Numbered from the stretch's first letter, positions 10,096 through 20,923 are shown. The stretch is DNA of 64,000 nucleotides from Candidatus Multivoradales bacterium (GCA_965223325.1 CBDCWI010000001.1:384001-448000); one strand, 5' to 3'. Numbers and translations: made by a program. Notes: generated from the letters alone by a model not told the origin.

Positions 10096-11058
10096 ATGGA
10101 GCAACACATGGTCTCCCTCGGCCTTCCTGCCGCCATCGTCCCCGCCGACCACCCACCCAGCACCTACCTCCCGACGGCACCCACCGCCGAGGCGGAGTAC
10201 CCCGCTGATCCGCGCTACGAAGGCTTGCGCCAGCCACTGCCGCTTCTCCACCCGGCCCGTCTATGGTGGTCGACTCTCGCGGCCGGGTTGCGGCTTGCCG
10301 GCCATTTCTCCGACGGCATTCGCACCGGCTGGACTCATGGCTTCGATTCGGGCGCCTCGCTCGACCACGTCTACCGCAACACCGCAAGCGGGCGCGGGGC
10401 GCTCGGCCGCACCATCGATCGCTGGTACCTCGAGAGCCCGGGCTGGTGCGGCATTCGCTGGCGTCGCCAGACTCTCGAAACGATGCTCGACCGGGCCATC
10501 GTCGAACTCGGAAACGAACGGGACCCGGTGCATCTCTTCGATCCGGCATCGGGACCCGGTCGCTATCTCGTCGAAACTCTGCGCCGCCACCCGAAGCGCA
10601 ATCTCACCGCGGTCGCCAGTGACCGCGACGCAGAGGGTCTCGCCGCCGGCCGCGAGCTGGCGCGCGCCGAGGCGGTCAGCGATCGGCTCCGGTTCGAACA
10701 AGGCGATGCATTCGATGCCGGCCGCCTCAGTCGACTGGACCCGAAGCCTGACATCGCAGTCGTCTCAGGCCTGTTCGAATTGTTCCCCGACAACCGACCG
10801 GTCCGCAGAACACTCTTCGGGCTGGCCAGTGCCATGACTCCCGGGTCGATCCTGCTCTACACCAACCAGCCGAGTCATCCGCAGCAGGCGCTCATCGCGC
10901 GGGTGCTCCCCAACCGGGACGGCGAACCCTGGGTCATGCGCTGCCGCTCGCAGCAGGAGATGGACGAGCTGGTCGCCGGCGCGGGCTTTGAACCCGAAAT
11001 AACCCTCACCGATCCCCGCTCTATCTTCACCGTGTCATTGGCGCGGCGCGCAGCCTGA
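10096..11058 (+). CDS. SAM-dependent methyltransferase resembling the C-terminal domain of YnbC
   Basis: GFDSGASLDHVYRN, GW.GIR.R, ASGPGRY, VSGLFELFPDN, YTNQP.HPQ, WVMRCRSQ.EMD. Confidence 0.85.
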   Translation: MEQHMVSLGLPAAIVPADHPPSTYLPTAPTAEAEYPADPRYEGLRQPLPLLHPARLWWSTLAAGLRLAGHFSDGIRTGWTHGFDSGASLDHVYRNTASGRGALGRTIDRWYLESPGWCGIRWRRQTLETMLDRAIVELGNERDPVHLFDPASGPGRYLVETLRRHPKRNLTAVASDRDAEGLAAGRELARAEAVSDRLRFEQGDAFDAGRLSRLDPKPDIAVVSGLFELFPDNRPVRRTLFGLASAMTPGSILLYTNQPSHPQQALIARVLPNRDGEPWVMRCRSQQEMDELVAGAGFEPEITLTDPRSIFTVSLARRAA

Positions 11059-11167
11059 TTCTCGAAGAAGGCAAGAAAGAGTTCCGGTTGCAGCAGGCGG
11101 AGTGTAGAATTACTAGTTAATAACCGGGAGTCCCGGCCGATCCGCGCATCCTCTGGACACCCTCGAA

Positions 11168-11953
11168 GTGATGAAGAACAACCCCCAACAGCCCGCGATC
11201 CACCCGGCGGCTCCCACCCTGCCACCGGCGCAGCCGGCACCCAGCACTGCCGACCGCGGCAGCGCCTCGGCTGACCGTGGGCGTGAGGGTCAAAAGACCG
11301 GCAACCGTCGACCGATTGCAGGGTTGTTCCGGCTCACCGCTCGATCGGCAACGACCTGGTCGCTGCGGCGCGGTATCGACCCGAACCTGATCTCACTCGC
11401 CTCGATCGGGGCGACCGCTCTGTCAGCGCTCTTCTACCTGCTCTCCTGGCGCGCCCCGGTGCTTCTTCTGCTAGCGCCGCTGCCGAGCTTTGTGCGTTTG
11501 TGGTTCAACATGCTCGACGGCATGGTGGCGGTCGAAGGCGGCACCGCCAGCCCGGAAGGCGAGATCTGGAATGAGCTGCCGGATCGCATCTCCGACTTCA
11601 TGCTCTTTGGAGCGGTGGCGCTCTCGGGAATCGCGCAGCCGACCCTCGCTTGGATCTGCGGCGGGGCCGCGCTCCTGGTCGCCTACGTCGGCACCCTGGG
11701 GAAAGCAGTCGGTGCGGGTCGCCAGTTCGACGGCTGGATGTCGAAGCCTTGGCGCGTCGTCGCCCTGGCGCTCGGCACGTGGGCCTACTGGTGGGTACAC
11801 CACACCATTGGTGGCGAGGCTTTCTGGAACGACACGGTCGGGCTGGAGAACTTCTGGCGCTACGGCCCGCTCGACCTCATGCTGGTGGTGATTCTGATTG
11901 GCTGCATCCACAGCATCGCAATCCGCCTTCGGAAGATGCACGACGCTCTCTGA
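11168..11953 (+). CDS. CDP-alcohol phosphatidyltransferase family (YnbA-like)
   Basis: NMLDGMVA...GEIWNELPDRISD signature and several hydrophobic segments. Confidence 0.88.
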   Translation: MMKNNPQQPAIHPAAPTLPPAQPAPSTADRGSASADRGREGQKTGNRRPIAGLFRLTARSATTWSLRRGIDPNLISLASIGATALSALFYLLSWRAPVLLLLAPLPSFVRLWFNMLDGMVAVEGGTASPEGEIWNELPDRISDFMLFGAVALSGIAQPTLAWICGGAALLVAYVGTLGKAVGAGRQFDGWMSKPWRVVALALGTWAYWWVHHTIGGEAFWNDTVGLENFWRYGPLDLMLVVILIGCIHSIAIRLRKMHDAL

Positions 11954-11971
11954 GAACTCGGTGAGAACTCG

Positions 11972-12967
11972 ATGAGGACCGCGAAGGGTACCTTGATGCT
12001 CGAAGACCTACTCCTCAAAGCACCATTCGACCCGGTGCCGGGTGATCCCGCAACGCTGGCGTTCTACATTGCGGCGCTCACTGGCGCCCTCGTGGTCGTC
12101 GGGCTGCTCTTGTCTGTCCTGAGGTTTGGCTTCGGCAAGAAGCTCGCCGGAGTCTGGAAGACCTACGGCGGTTGGTGGCGCATCCTGCCGCTGGTTCTGG
12201 GCGCGCTCGTGCTCGGACGGGTGGCGGTGATCGTCGGCGCCCTCATCGTCGCCCTCATGGCGTTCAAGGAATACGCGCGCGCCACCGGCCTCTACCGAGA
12301 CTGGCCGGTGGTGATCGCCGTCTATCTCGCCATGCTGGCTCTCGGGGTCGTGACCCTGGTGCCTGACCCACGGCTTGCGAACAACGGTTGGTACGGCATG
12401 TACATGGCGTTGCCGGTGTTCGCCATCGCCGGCCTGTTTCTTCTTCCTATCGCGCGCGACCGCGCGCGTGGCCAGCTACAGAGCACTGCCCTCGCGGTTC
12501 TCGGTTTCGTCTACATCGGCTGGATGTTCCTCCACCTCGGCTTCCTGACCAACCTGCCACGCTCGCTCCCCTACCTCTTGTATTTGATCGTGGCGGTGCA
12601 ACTCAACGACATCGCAGCCTTCACCTTCGGCAAGCTGTTCGGGAAGCGGCGCCTGCGGAAGAACATCTCGCCCAACAAGACCTGGACCGGCGCAGCCGGC
12701 GCGCTCGCCGTTTCGATGGTGATGCCCTGGGCCTTCCATTTCACGTTCCCGTGGTTTGGCACCACCGAGTTGATTCTCACCGGTTTGATCGTCGGTCTCG
12801 GCGGCCAGCTCGGAGATCTGACGATGAGCTGGGTCAAGCGTGACCTCGACATCAAGGACATGGGCTCCTTGATTCCCGGCCACGGCGGCATGCTCGATCG
12901 CATCGACAGTCTCATCTACACCGCACCGTTGTTCTTTCACATGGTGCGCTGGTACCACGGCGTCTGA
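11972..12967 (+). CDS. Phosphatidate cytidylyltransferase (CdsA/YnbB-like)
   Basis: ISPNKTW, GDLTMSWVKRDLDIKDMGSLIPGHGGMLDRIDS. Polytopic membrane protein. Confidence 0.92.
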   Translation: MRTAKGTLMLEDLLLKAPFDPVPGDPATLAFYIAALTGALVVVGLLLSVLRFGFGKKLAGVWKTYGGWWRILPLVLGALVLGRVAVIVGALIVALMAFKEYARATGLYRDWPVVIAVYLAMLALGVVTLVPDPRLANNGWYGMYMALPVFAIAGLFLLPIARDRARGQLQSTALAVLGFVYIGWMFLHLGFLTNLPRSLPYLLYLIVAVQLNDIAAFTFGKLFGKRRLRKNISPNKTWTGAAGALAVSMVMPWAFHFTFPWFGTTELILTGLIVGLGGQLGDLTMSWVKRDLDIKDMGSLIPGHGGMLDRIDSLIYTAPLFFHMVRWYHGV

Positions 12968-12971
12968 AGCG

Positions 12972-13709
12972 ATGAAGAGCTGGCGCTATGACACGGCGCG
13001 CGACCTCGACGACTCTCCCGTCGAGCGCCTGCGCAGGTTCCCGCGCGAACCAGACATGACGGTGCACAGTCTGCGGCTGGCATCGGCCTTCCTGATGCGC
13101 GCCTGGCTGCGCGTGATCCACCGTTTCCACGTGGTCGGCCGCGAACATCTCCCGGGTGCCGAACGCTCGTTCGTGATGGTCGCCAACCACTCCAGCCACT
13201 TCGACGCTCTATGCCTCCTGGCGACCCTCCCACTATCGCGCGTCCATCGCTCTCATCCAGCGGCCGCCCACGACTACTTCTTCGAGGACGATCTGCCGAC
13301 CGTAGCCGCTGGAGTGGTGGTCAACGCACTGCCCTTCGACCGGCTCAAGGACTCCGAAGCGTCGCTCGACCGCTGCCGCGCGCTGCTCGGTGAGCCCGGC
13401 AACGTTCTGATTCTGTTCCCTGAAGGCAGCCGCATTCCGGACCGCGAGATCTCACGTTTTCGCACCGGCATCGGACGGCTGGTGGCCGGAACAGACATTC
13501 CGGTCGTGCCCTGCTGGCTCGAAGGCCCCTGGCGAGCGTTTCCGAAAGGAGTGGCCATCCCACGCCCCCACCGCCTCGAGGCACGCCTGGGCAGCGCGCG
13601 TACCTTTCCCGAGGTCGCCTGTCTGAAGAGTGGCTGGATTGAAGTTTCCAACGCCCTCGAGGCCGATGTACGCAGCCTCGGCGGCCTCGCACCACGCCCA
13701 GACGCCTGA
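12972..13709 (+). CDS. Lysophospholipid / 1-acyl-sn-glycerol-3-phosphate acyltransferase
   Basis: NHSSHFD (HX4D) and LFPEGSR motifs. Confidence 0.92.
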   Translation: MKSWRYDTARDLDDSPVERLRRFPREPDMTVHSLRLASAFLMRAWLRVIHRFHVVGREHLPGAERSFVMVANHSSHFDALCLLATLPLSRVHRSHPAAAHDYFFEDDLPTVAAGVVVNALPFDRLKDSEASLDRCRALLGEPGNVLILFPEGSRIPDREISRFRTGIGRLVAGTDIPVVPCWLEGPWRAFPKGVAIPRPHRLEARLGSARTFPEVACLKSGWIEVSNALEADVRSLGGLAPRPDA

Positions 13710-14039
13710 GCGCGGACGCGACGACGACAAACCGGTCTGCCTTCCCGAAGAGTTCCCTTCCGAGCTCCCCTCGGCGGCCCACGAATCGCTTCCTGAAGCG
13801 GCTGGCGGAGACCTCTCGGTGATCGCCGAGGAGGCGCAATCGAAGGCCAAACGGCTGATACGATCGTCGACACGCGCTGTCACGTCTAGCTCCACATCTC
13901 GACCGAGAACGGGCCACCGCCGGGCCTTCTCAGGTGAGACTTCGCTCTTTCCAGAGGGCGCTATCGCCTCCGGAGAGAGGAACAGCAAACGTCGGGAGTT
14001 CGCCTCGAGAGCGCGTTTGACTCCAGGAGATTCCACCCC

Positions 14040-16178
14040 GTGCGCACGTTTCTATCGATCAAGATCGCTCGAGTCCTCCCCGGAGCAGCCAGCCTGCTGC
14101 TGCTTCTCACCCCCCTCGCACCCGGTGCGGCATTGGCGCAAGACGAGGAGCCACGCAAAGAGCAGGGAATCGCCGCTGGCTCCTCGGCCGAGACCGAGGA
14201 GCCGGTCGCGCTGCCGGCTGACGCGGTGCTCGTCGTCGAACCCCTCGAACTCACCCTCGAGGTCGGCGAAACGGCGCAACTGACCGCGACCATCGAAGAT
14301 GAGGACGGCCAGGAGATCACCGGCCACCGGGTGGTCTTTTTCTCCCGCAACCGACGCGCCGTGGGGATCAACGCCACCGGTCGACTGGAGGCACACGGCC
14401 CGGGTGAAATCACGGTCATCGCGCTGGTCCCCAAAGACCCCGAAGACCGGCCACGGCGCGCCGACGCTCTCCTGCGGCAGGAGATCACCGTCACCGTGCC
14501 CAACCCGCCGGTCGACACCGTCGAGATCACCGGGCTACCGAAATCGCTCTATGCCGGCACCAGCCTACGCCTCCGCTCGATTGTCACCGACATCACCGAT
14601 GTGGTCCGCGACGACGTCACCGTCAGCTACGCGGCCTCGGCTCCTCGTGTCGCCACCGCCGACGAATTCGGTTTTCTCAACCTCGTTACACCCGGTACTT
14701 TCGAACTCACCGCCAGTGCCGAGGGGCGTACCCATACCGTCGAGCTCGAGGTCGAGGAGAACCCCGTGGTTGGTTTCGAAGTCGAAGCCGACGCCAGCGA
14801 GGTGCGCACCGGCGACGTGGTCTGGGTCGAGGCGCGGGGCCTCGATGCGCGAGGCAAGGCGGTGGCCGATCTCCCGATTCGCTATTCGGTGAGCGGCGAA
14901 ACCGATCACCGCATTATCGCCGCCGGGGCCGGCGCGTTCATCGAACAAGATGGCGCCTTTGTCGCCGAGCGCTCGGGGACCTACACCGTCGTCGCCTCGG
15001 CCGGTGACCACACAGCCACCACCCGCATTCGCGTCACGCCGCGCCGCGTGGCCAAGAAGGTCGAGTTCGTCGGCCAGGGCCCGGTGCGCGACCGTCACAC
15101 CTCCGACCTCTGGGTTTGGGAGGGCACTGATGGTCGCGACTACGCGATCACCGGCACCTGGGGCGCGGAAGGACATGCCTACCTCTGGGACGTGACCAAC
15201 CCCGAGAACATCGCCCTCATCGACACGGTCAAGGTCGACGCCCGAACGGTCAACGACGTCAAGATCTCCGAGGACGGCAAGCTCGCGGTGATCAGCCGCG
15301 AAGGGGCTTCGAACCGCAAGAACGGGTTGGTCATCCTCGACGTCTCCGAACCCCAGGTCGGCGTGCGGATCCTGTCGCGCTTTGACGACCAACTGCGCGG
15401 CGGGGTGCACAACGTCTACATCGACCATAACCATGTCTACGCCCTTTCGAACGGACGCCGATTCGACGTCATCAATATCGAGGACCCGTCTGAGCCGTAC
15501 CGCGTCGGTCGCTTCGAGCTCGACACTCCGGGGCATTCGATCCACGATGTGTGGGTCAGCGAAGGGATCGCCTACACCTCCAACTGGGCCGACGGCGTGG
15601 TGGCGATCGACGTCGGCGGTGGCGACCAGGGTGGCGCTCCGAACAACCCGAAGAAGCTCGGTTCCTATGCCTATCCCAGCGGCTGGAACCATGCCGCCTA
15701 TCCCTACCGTTCACAGTCGACTGGCAAGTTCTACGTCTTCGCCGGCGATGAAGCGTTTCCCTACGGTTTGAGCGGCCAGCGAGAGGGCGAAGCCCCTCCA
15801 CGAGCCGACGGCTGGATCCACATCATCGAGTGGAACGACTGGAGCGAACCACGCGAAGTTGCGCGCTACCGTGTCCCGGAGGCCGGAACGCACAACCTGT
15901 GGATCGAAGACGACGTGCTCTACGTCGCCTACTACAACGGCGGTCTCCGTATGGTCGATGTCTCCGGCGAGCTGCGCGGCGACCTCTATCGCCAGGGTCG
16001 TGAGATTGGGCTCTTCGTGCCCAACGATCCCGAGAGCTTCATGCCCAACGCGCCTTTCGTCTGGGGGCCGCAGCCCCACAAAGATCACATCTTCTTCTCG
16101 GATTGGAACTCGGGCCTGTGGGCCGTCAAGCTGGTCGATCCAGAAGACCCGGAGCGCATCATCGGGGAACCGCAGTGA
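14040..16178 (+). CDS. Secreted Ig-like + LVIVD-repeat beta-propeller protein
   Basis: Signal peptide, Ig-like N-terminal modules, and repeats LVILDVS.P / FDVINIEDP / GGLRMVDVS with His-containing blades. Confidence 0.8.
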   Translation: MRTFLSIKIARVLPGAASLLLLLTPLAPGAALAQDEEPRKEQGIAAGSSAETEEPVALPADAVLVVEPLELTLEVGETAQLTATIEDEDGQEITGHRVVFFSRNRRAVGINATGRLEAHGPGEITVIALVPKDPEDRPRRADALLRQEITVTVPNPPVDTVEITGLPKSLYAGTSLRLRSIVTDITDVVRDDVTVSYAASAPRVATADEFGFLNLVTPGTFELTASAEGRTHTVELEVEENPVVGFEVEADASEVRTGDVVWVEARGLDARGKAVADLPIRYSVSGETDHRIIAAGAGAFIEQDGAFVAERSGTYTVVASAGDHTATTRIRVTPRRVAKKVEFVGQGPVRDRHTSDLWVWEGTDGRDYAITGTWGAEGHAYLWDVTNPENIALIDTVKVDARTVNDVKISEDGKLAVISREGASNRKNGLVILDVSEPQVGVRILSRFDDQLRGGVHNVYIDHNHVYALSNGRRFDVINIEDPSEPYRVGRFELDTPGHSIHDVWVSEGIAYTSNWADGVVAIDVGGGDQGGAPNNPKKLGSYAYPSGWNHAAYPYRSQSTGKFYVFAGDEAFPYGLSGQREGEAPPRADGWIHIIEWNDWSEPREVARYRVPEAGTHNLWIEDDVLYVAYYNGGLRMVDVSGELRGDLYRQGREIGLFVPNDPESFMPNAPFVWGPQPHKDHIFFSDWNSGLWAVKLVDPEDPERIIGEPQ

Positions 16179-17320
16179 CCAGCGCAAAGGTCACGCCCGG
16201 TCTCGCAGCCCTACTCGCTTCTGCGTGTTTACTCGCCGCTGCGGCGCCTGGAGGAGCTGAAGAACGCGCCGATCTACCGGGGCCGCAACGCAACTACTAC
16301 GCCTATGTCTGCGCCGAGTCCGAAGACACGGTGTCCCTGGTCCGCTTCGGGCCCGACGGAGCAGCGATCGAGAAGACCATCTCGGTGGGAGCGTTCCCGG
16401 CCGAGACCGAGGGGCCGCACGGCATCAATGTGGCCCCCGACGGTCGCTCCTGGTTCGTCTCGATCGCCCACGGTAACCCCTACGGCAGCATTCATCGCTA
16501 CACCACTGGCGACGACGAGTGGCAGGGAGACGCAAGGGTCGGCTTGTTTCCGGCGACGCTCGATGTCTCCGCCTCAACGGGTCTCCTCTACGTGGTCAAC
16601 TCGAACTTCTACGGTGACCACACTCCGAGCACCATCTCGGTCATCGAAACCTCCACCATGACCGAGGTCGAACAGATCGCGACCGGCACGATGCCCCATG
16701 GCGCGCGCCTGTCGCTCGATGGCAGCAAGCTCTACTCGGTCAACATGATGGACGACGAGCTGATCGAGGTCGACGCGCTCGCCTTCGAGATCGCGCGCCG
16801 GCTGCCACTCGGGCAAGTGGCGAAGGGCGCCGACACCCATGCCAATCATGGCAAGCACGCCGGCCACGCAATGAAGATGGCGATCGAGCCGTCCTGGGTC
16901 TCTCCTCCAACGGCCGACAGCCGCATCTGGGTGGCCGCCCTTTCGGGCAACCAGATCATCGAGGTCGATCTCGAGGCCTGGGAGGTTACCCGTCGCTTCG
17001 AGACGCCGAAGGGCCCCTACAACCTGGCAGTTTCTCCAGACGCCACCCTCCTCGTGGTCACCTACAAGAAGAGTGATGCGGTTGGCTTCTGGGACCTGGC
17101 GTCGGGCGACGAGGTCGCGCGGGTCGACACAACCCGCAGAATCCCACATGGCGTCGCGATCACTGCGGACGGCCGCTACAGCTTCGTCACGGTTGAAGGC
17201 GTCGGCGGCGAACCCGGCGCGGTGGAGATCTACGACAACCAGCACCATGCCCGAGTGGCGAGCGTCGATATCGGGAAGCAGGCCGGTGGCATCGCCATCT
17301 GGCAGGGCCCCGGAAGCTGA
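16175..17320 (+). CDS. YncE/YVTN-like beta-propeller protein
   Basis: GTG overlaps the upstream TGA. Signal peptide and repeated PHG....DG blades. Confidence 0.82.
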   Translation: MTSAKVTPGLAALLASACLLAAAAPGGAEERADLPGPQRNYYAYVCAESEDTVSLVRFGPDGAAIEKTISVGAFPAETEGPHGINVAPDGRSWFVSIAHGNPYGSIHRYTTGDDEWQGDARVGLFPATLDVSASTGLLYVVNSNFYGDHTPSTISVIETSTMTEVEQIATGTMPHGARLSLDGSKLYSVNMMDDELIEVDALAFEIARRLPLGQVAKGADTHANHGKHAGHAMKMAIEPSWVSPPTADSRIWVAALSGNQIIEVDLEAWEVTRRFETPKGPYNLAVSPDATLLVVTYKKSDAVGFWDLASGDEVARVDTTRRIPHGVAITADGRYSFVTVEGVGGEPGAVEIYDNQHHARVASVDIGKQAGGIAIWQGPGS

Positions 17321-17383
17321 ACCTCGTTGCGCGCCAACGGCATGAACTGAGTACGGCCGTTCAGGGCCTCTCTCTCCGACCCG

Positions 17384-18916
17384 ATGACCCCGAACTCATC
17401 CAACCCCCAGAAAGCACACCTCGAGCGCGGTCTCTCGCGGTTCGCCCGCCGGGAGGCGCGTCGTCACGCGTTCTGCCGCTTGTTGGCCGCTGGGTTCTCT
17501 CTTGCCATCGCCTCGCTCTCATGGCGCCTCCTGACCTTGACCGGCAGCATCGGCGGCAGCGTCTTCAACCAACGCGGCACCATACTTCTGGCTACGACGC
17601 TCGCGATCGGCGCGCTCTGTTGGGTGCTCGAAGCGCTGTTCAAGCGGCGCACCTTGCTGCAGGTCGCCACCGAGGTCGACCGGCGCGCCGCCCTCGACGA
17701 CCGCCTGCGAAGTGCCCTCGAGCTCGAGGATCCGCCCGTCGATCCAGAACAGCCGAAGGTGCACCCCCATCAGGCGAAGTCCTTCGGCTTCTTCGAGCTA
17801 CTCTGCCAGAGAGCCACCAGCGCCATCGATGCCATCGATCCGGCCGAAGTCTTCCCCTACCCGAACACCGCACGCGCAGGTTTCGCCGGGCTGGCCATCG
17901 CGAGCGCTATCGGTCTCTGGGTTTTGCTTCCACCGAGCGCCGACCCGGGGCCAGTCATGGCACAGTTGCCACTCGGTCAAGCGCTCGGTCCCCCGCCCGA
18001 AGCCGGTACCGACGCAATGTTCGACCCCGAAGAAACGCTCGAGCTCGACCCGGACGCCGCCCTGGTTGAGAGCGACCCGAGGAACGCTGGCAAGCCATTG
18101 ACCGGCGACCTCGAAACAACCCCACCCGGCGAAGCTTCCGAGCCCAGCGAAGGCGGCCAGGGCGCGCCCGACGATCGACTTCTCGAAGAAGTGCAGAAGG
18201 CGCTCGAGGAGGGGCGCAAGGCCGAGAACCAGGAAACTGACGCGGGTGAGCCCGGAGCAGCCGGCGAAGAGGCCGCCGGCGAAGACAGTGAGGCGTCGCA
18301 GCAGTCCGACGCACCCGGCCAGGAGCAGGCCGGCGCCCAGTCAGACGAGGGTGGCGAAGGGCAGAAACTCGAAGGTGCCAGCGAGGAGGCCGACGCCGAC
18401 GCCCCGCGCACGGGCATGGCATCGCTCGAGGGCGCTCCCAGCGATGAGAACAGCCAGTCGGAGACCGAACAGGGCGCGGGCTCGGGAGAGGGCACCGGCC
18501 CCCAGGCGGGTGAGGCCGCGGTCTTTGGCGAGATCGCCGAAATGCCGCTCTACCCGGAAATGAGCCTCGAGGAAGCGCTGCTCGAATCCGAGATGGGTGG
18601 CGGGCGCCCGCTCGATGAACCGCCACGCGAGCTTCCCAGTGTCGCTCAGGAAGCCGAGAGTCGCCGACGCACCGGCCTTCGGCAGGCCGAGACCATCGCC
18701 GGCGGTGGTGCCCTCGCATCGCCGGTGCCCCTGGCCCGTCGGGGCGTGTTGTCGCGTACCTATCCAGAGGACCCGCCAGATCCTGAAGAAGCAGGCACCG
18801 AGGCCCCGGGTCCTGACGAACCGGATACCAAGGGCCCAGACGCCAGCGCTCGAGGCACCGACTCAGGCGACGAAGCCGCCTCCGGCAACGCAACGGGCGG
18901 CCACCAGGCGAGGTGA
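17384..18916 (+). CDS. Membrane-anchored protein with long acidic low-complexity region (MoxR-associated)
   Basis: N-terminal hydrophobic helices, VDRRAALDDRLRSALE segment, E/G/Q/A-rich tail. Directly upstream of MoxR. Confidence 0.7.
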   Translation: MTPNSSNPQKAHLERGLSRFARREARRHAFCRLLAAGFSLAIASLSWRLLTLTGSIGGSVFNQRGTILLATTLAIGALCWVLEALFKRRTLLQVATEVDRRAALDDRLRSALELEDPPVDPEQPKVHPHQAKSFGFFELLCQRATSAIDAIDPAEVFPYPNTARAGFAGLAIASAIGLWVLLPPSADPGPVMAQLPLGQALGPPPEAGTDAMFDPEETLELDPDAALVESDPRNAGKPLTGDLETTPPGEASEPSEGGQGAPDDRLLEEVQKALEEGRKAENQETDAGEPGAAGEEAAGEDSEASQQSDAPGQEQAGAQSDEGGEGQKLEGASEEADADAPRTGMASLEGAPSDENSQSETEQGAGSGEGTGPQAGEAAVFGEIAEMPLYPEMSLEEALLESEMGGGRPLDEPPRELPSVAQEAESRRRTGLRQAETIAGGGALASPVPLARRGVLSRTYPEDPPDPEEAGTEAPGPDEPDTKGPDASARGTDSGDEAASGNATGGHQAR

Positions 18917-19008
18917 GACATTGACCATCGACAACAACCATTCGACCAGGCCCCGGCTCGAGGAGCTGAGAGTTCCGGCCCCGTCCGAGCCACGTGAGGA
19001 GTAGAGAC

Positions 19009-20007
19009 ATGAGTGTTGCAGTAGCCGAAGGCCACATGGCCGAATTCCAGGACTCTTTCAGGAGCCTTCAAAAAGAGGTCGGGAACACCATCGTCGGCAA
19101 CGAAGACGTCATCCAACTCGCACTCACCAGTCTCCTGGCGGGCGGGCACGCGCTGCTCGAGGGCGTCCCGGGTCTAGGGAAGACCAGCCTCGTGCACGCG
19201 CTCGCCGACGCCCTCGACCTCACGTTCTCACGGATCCAGTTCACGCCCGACCTGATGCCGGGGGACATCCTGGGAACGCACGTGGTCGAAGAAACCGAAT
19301 CTGGCGGGCGCACCCTGATGTTTCGACCAGGGCCGCTGTTCGCGCACGTCATTCTCGCCGACGAAATCAACCGCGCCACGCCGCGAACCCAGTCGGCTCT
19401 GCTCGAGGCCATGCAGGAGCAGACGATCACCGTCGGCACCACGTCGCATGAGCTCGAGAAGCCGTTCCTGGTCCTGGCGACCCAGAACCCGCTCGAAATG
19501 GAAGGTACCTACCCGCTCCCCGAGGCACAACTCGATCGCTTCCTCTTCAAGCTCGAAATGGAGTACCCGAGTGACGAGGAACTGCACGAAATCCTCGAGC
19601 GCACCACCGCACGGGAGATGCCCAAGGTCAAAGCAGTGGCTGACGGCGCCTCGATCCTCGCCATGCGTGAGATGGTGCGGGCCGTGCCAGTGGCACCCAA
19701 CGTGCGCCAATACGCCATCTCGCTGACTCGCGCCACTGACCCGACCGATGCGCGCGCCCCGGAGCCCGTGCGCCGGTTGGTGCGTCACGGCGGCTCACCG
19801 CGTGCCGTGCAGGCGATGGTGCTGGGAGCGAAGGTTCGAGCCCTACTCGACAACCGCTCCTGGGTCTCGTGTGACGACATCGCCAAGATCGCGGGCCCGG
19901 CTCTCTCGCATCGCGTGCTCTTGAACTTCGAAGGCCAGGCAGAGGGCGCCTCGGCGCGCGAGCTGGTGCTGGCCGTGATCGAGTCGGTTCCGGTACCGGC
20001 CGACTGA
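19009..20007 (+). CDS. moxR: MoxR family AAA+ ATPase
   Basis: LEGVPGLGKT, RIQFTPDLMP, ADEINRA, ATQNPLE.EGTYPLPEAQLDRF. GAGGAG RBS. Confidence 0.95.
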   Translation: MSVAVAEGHMAEFQDSFRSLQKEVGNTIVGNEDVIQLALTSLLAGGHALLEGVPGLGKTSLVHALADALDLTFSRIQFTPDLMPGDILGTHVVEETESGGRTLMFRPGPLFAHVILADEINRATPRTQSALLEAMQEQTITVGTTSHELEKPFLVLATQNPLEMEGTYPLPEAQLDRFLFKLEMEYPSDEELHEILERTTAREMPKVKAVADGASILAMREMVRAVPVAPNVRQYAISLTRATDPTDARAPEPVRRLVRHGGSPRAVQAMVLGAKVRALLDNRSWVSCDDIAKIAGPALSHRVLLNFEGQAEGASARELVLAVIESVPVPAD

Positions 20008-20020
20008 GGGACTGAGGAAC

Positions 20021-20923
20021 GTGGCGACCTCGGCCGAACCGGCGATCTTCGATCGCGATCTGCTGACGCGCCTGGCGCGCCTGCGGGTGGTCTCGAAGCG
20101 CGTCCTCGCCTCGGGGCTGGCGGGCGAACACCGCGTCAACCGGCGTGGAGCGGGGGCCGAGTTCGCCGACTACCGCCCCTACGTCCCAGGTGACGACCTG
20201 CGTGCCCTCGACCCGGGCGCCTGGTTGCGGCTCGACAAGTTGTTCGTGCGCCTGTACGAGGAGCAGGGTGACTTATCGCTCTATATCTTCCTGGACAACA
20301 GCGCCTCGCTGACCAAAGCCCAGAACGGAGTGCGCTTTCGCCTGGCCCGGCAGGTGGCCGGCATGCTTGGCTGGATCGCACTGCACCGCCACGACCCGGT
20401 TGACCTCTGGACCTACTCTCACCAACCGGGACCGGGCGTCTTCGGTCTTCGGGGGGCCGCCGCCGGCCAGCGACTCCTGCGCTTCCTCGAAACCCTCGAG
20501 GCCACCGGGGGTGAAACCGGGGGCACACGCCTCGCCGCCGTCTTGCACTCTGCCTTCGCCGCCCAACGCCGTCGCGGGTTGGTGGTGGTCATCTCGGATT
20601 TTCTCGACGACGACTGGCAAGACGCCTTCCGCCGCCTGGCGGCCCTACGCCACGACGTTCTCATTGTTCATCTCACCGATTCCGCCGACCCAAAGAAACT
20701 GCCTCCGATCGCCCTGCTCATCGATTCAGAAGACGGCAGCCAGCGGCGGGTGCGCGCGCGACCCTCGCTCATCAAGGCCTTACACCGTGAGCAGGCTAGA
20801 CATCGTGAAGATCTCGAGAACGCCTGCCGGCGCTGGGGCTTCGGTTATCTCGGTCTCGAGGACGAAGAGTCGCTGGATCAGGTTCTTCTGCGCACTCTCG
20901 CCCGTGGACGGGTAACGCGGTGA
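20021..20923 (+). CDS. DUF58 domain protein
   Basis: EFADYRPYVPGDDLR, LDNSAS, VVISDF. Follows MoxR. Confidence 0.92.
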   Translation: MATSAEPAIFDRDLLTRLARLRVVSKRVLASGLAGEHRVNRRGAGAEFADYRPYVPGDDLRALDPGAWLRLDKLFVRLYEEQGDLSLYIFLDNSASLTKAQNGVRFRLARQVAGMLGWIALHRHDPVDLWTYSHQPGPGVFGLRGAAAGQRLLRFLETLEATGGETGGTRLAAVLHSAFAAQRRRGLVVVISDFLDDDWQDAFRRLAALRHDVLIVHLTDSADPKKLPPIALLIDSEDGSQRRVRARPSLIKALHREQARHREDLENACRRWGFGYLGLEDEESLDQVLLRTLARGRVTR

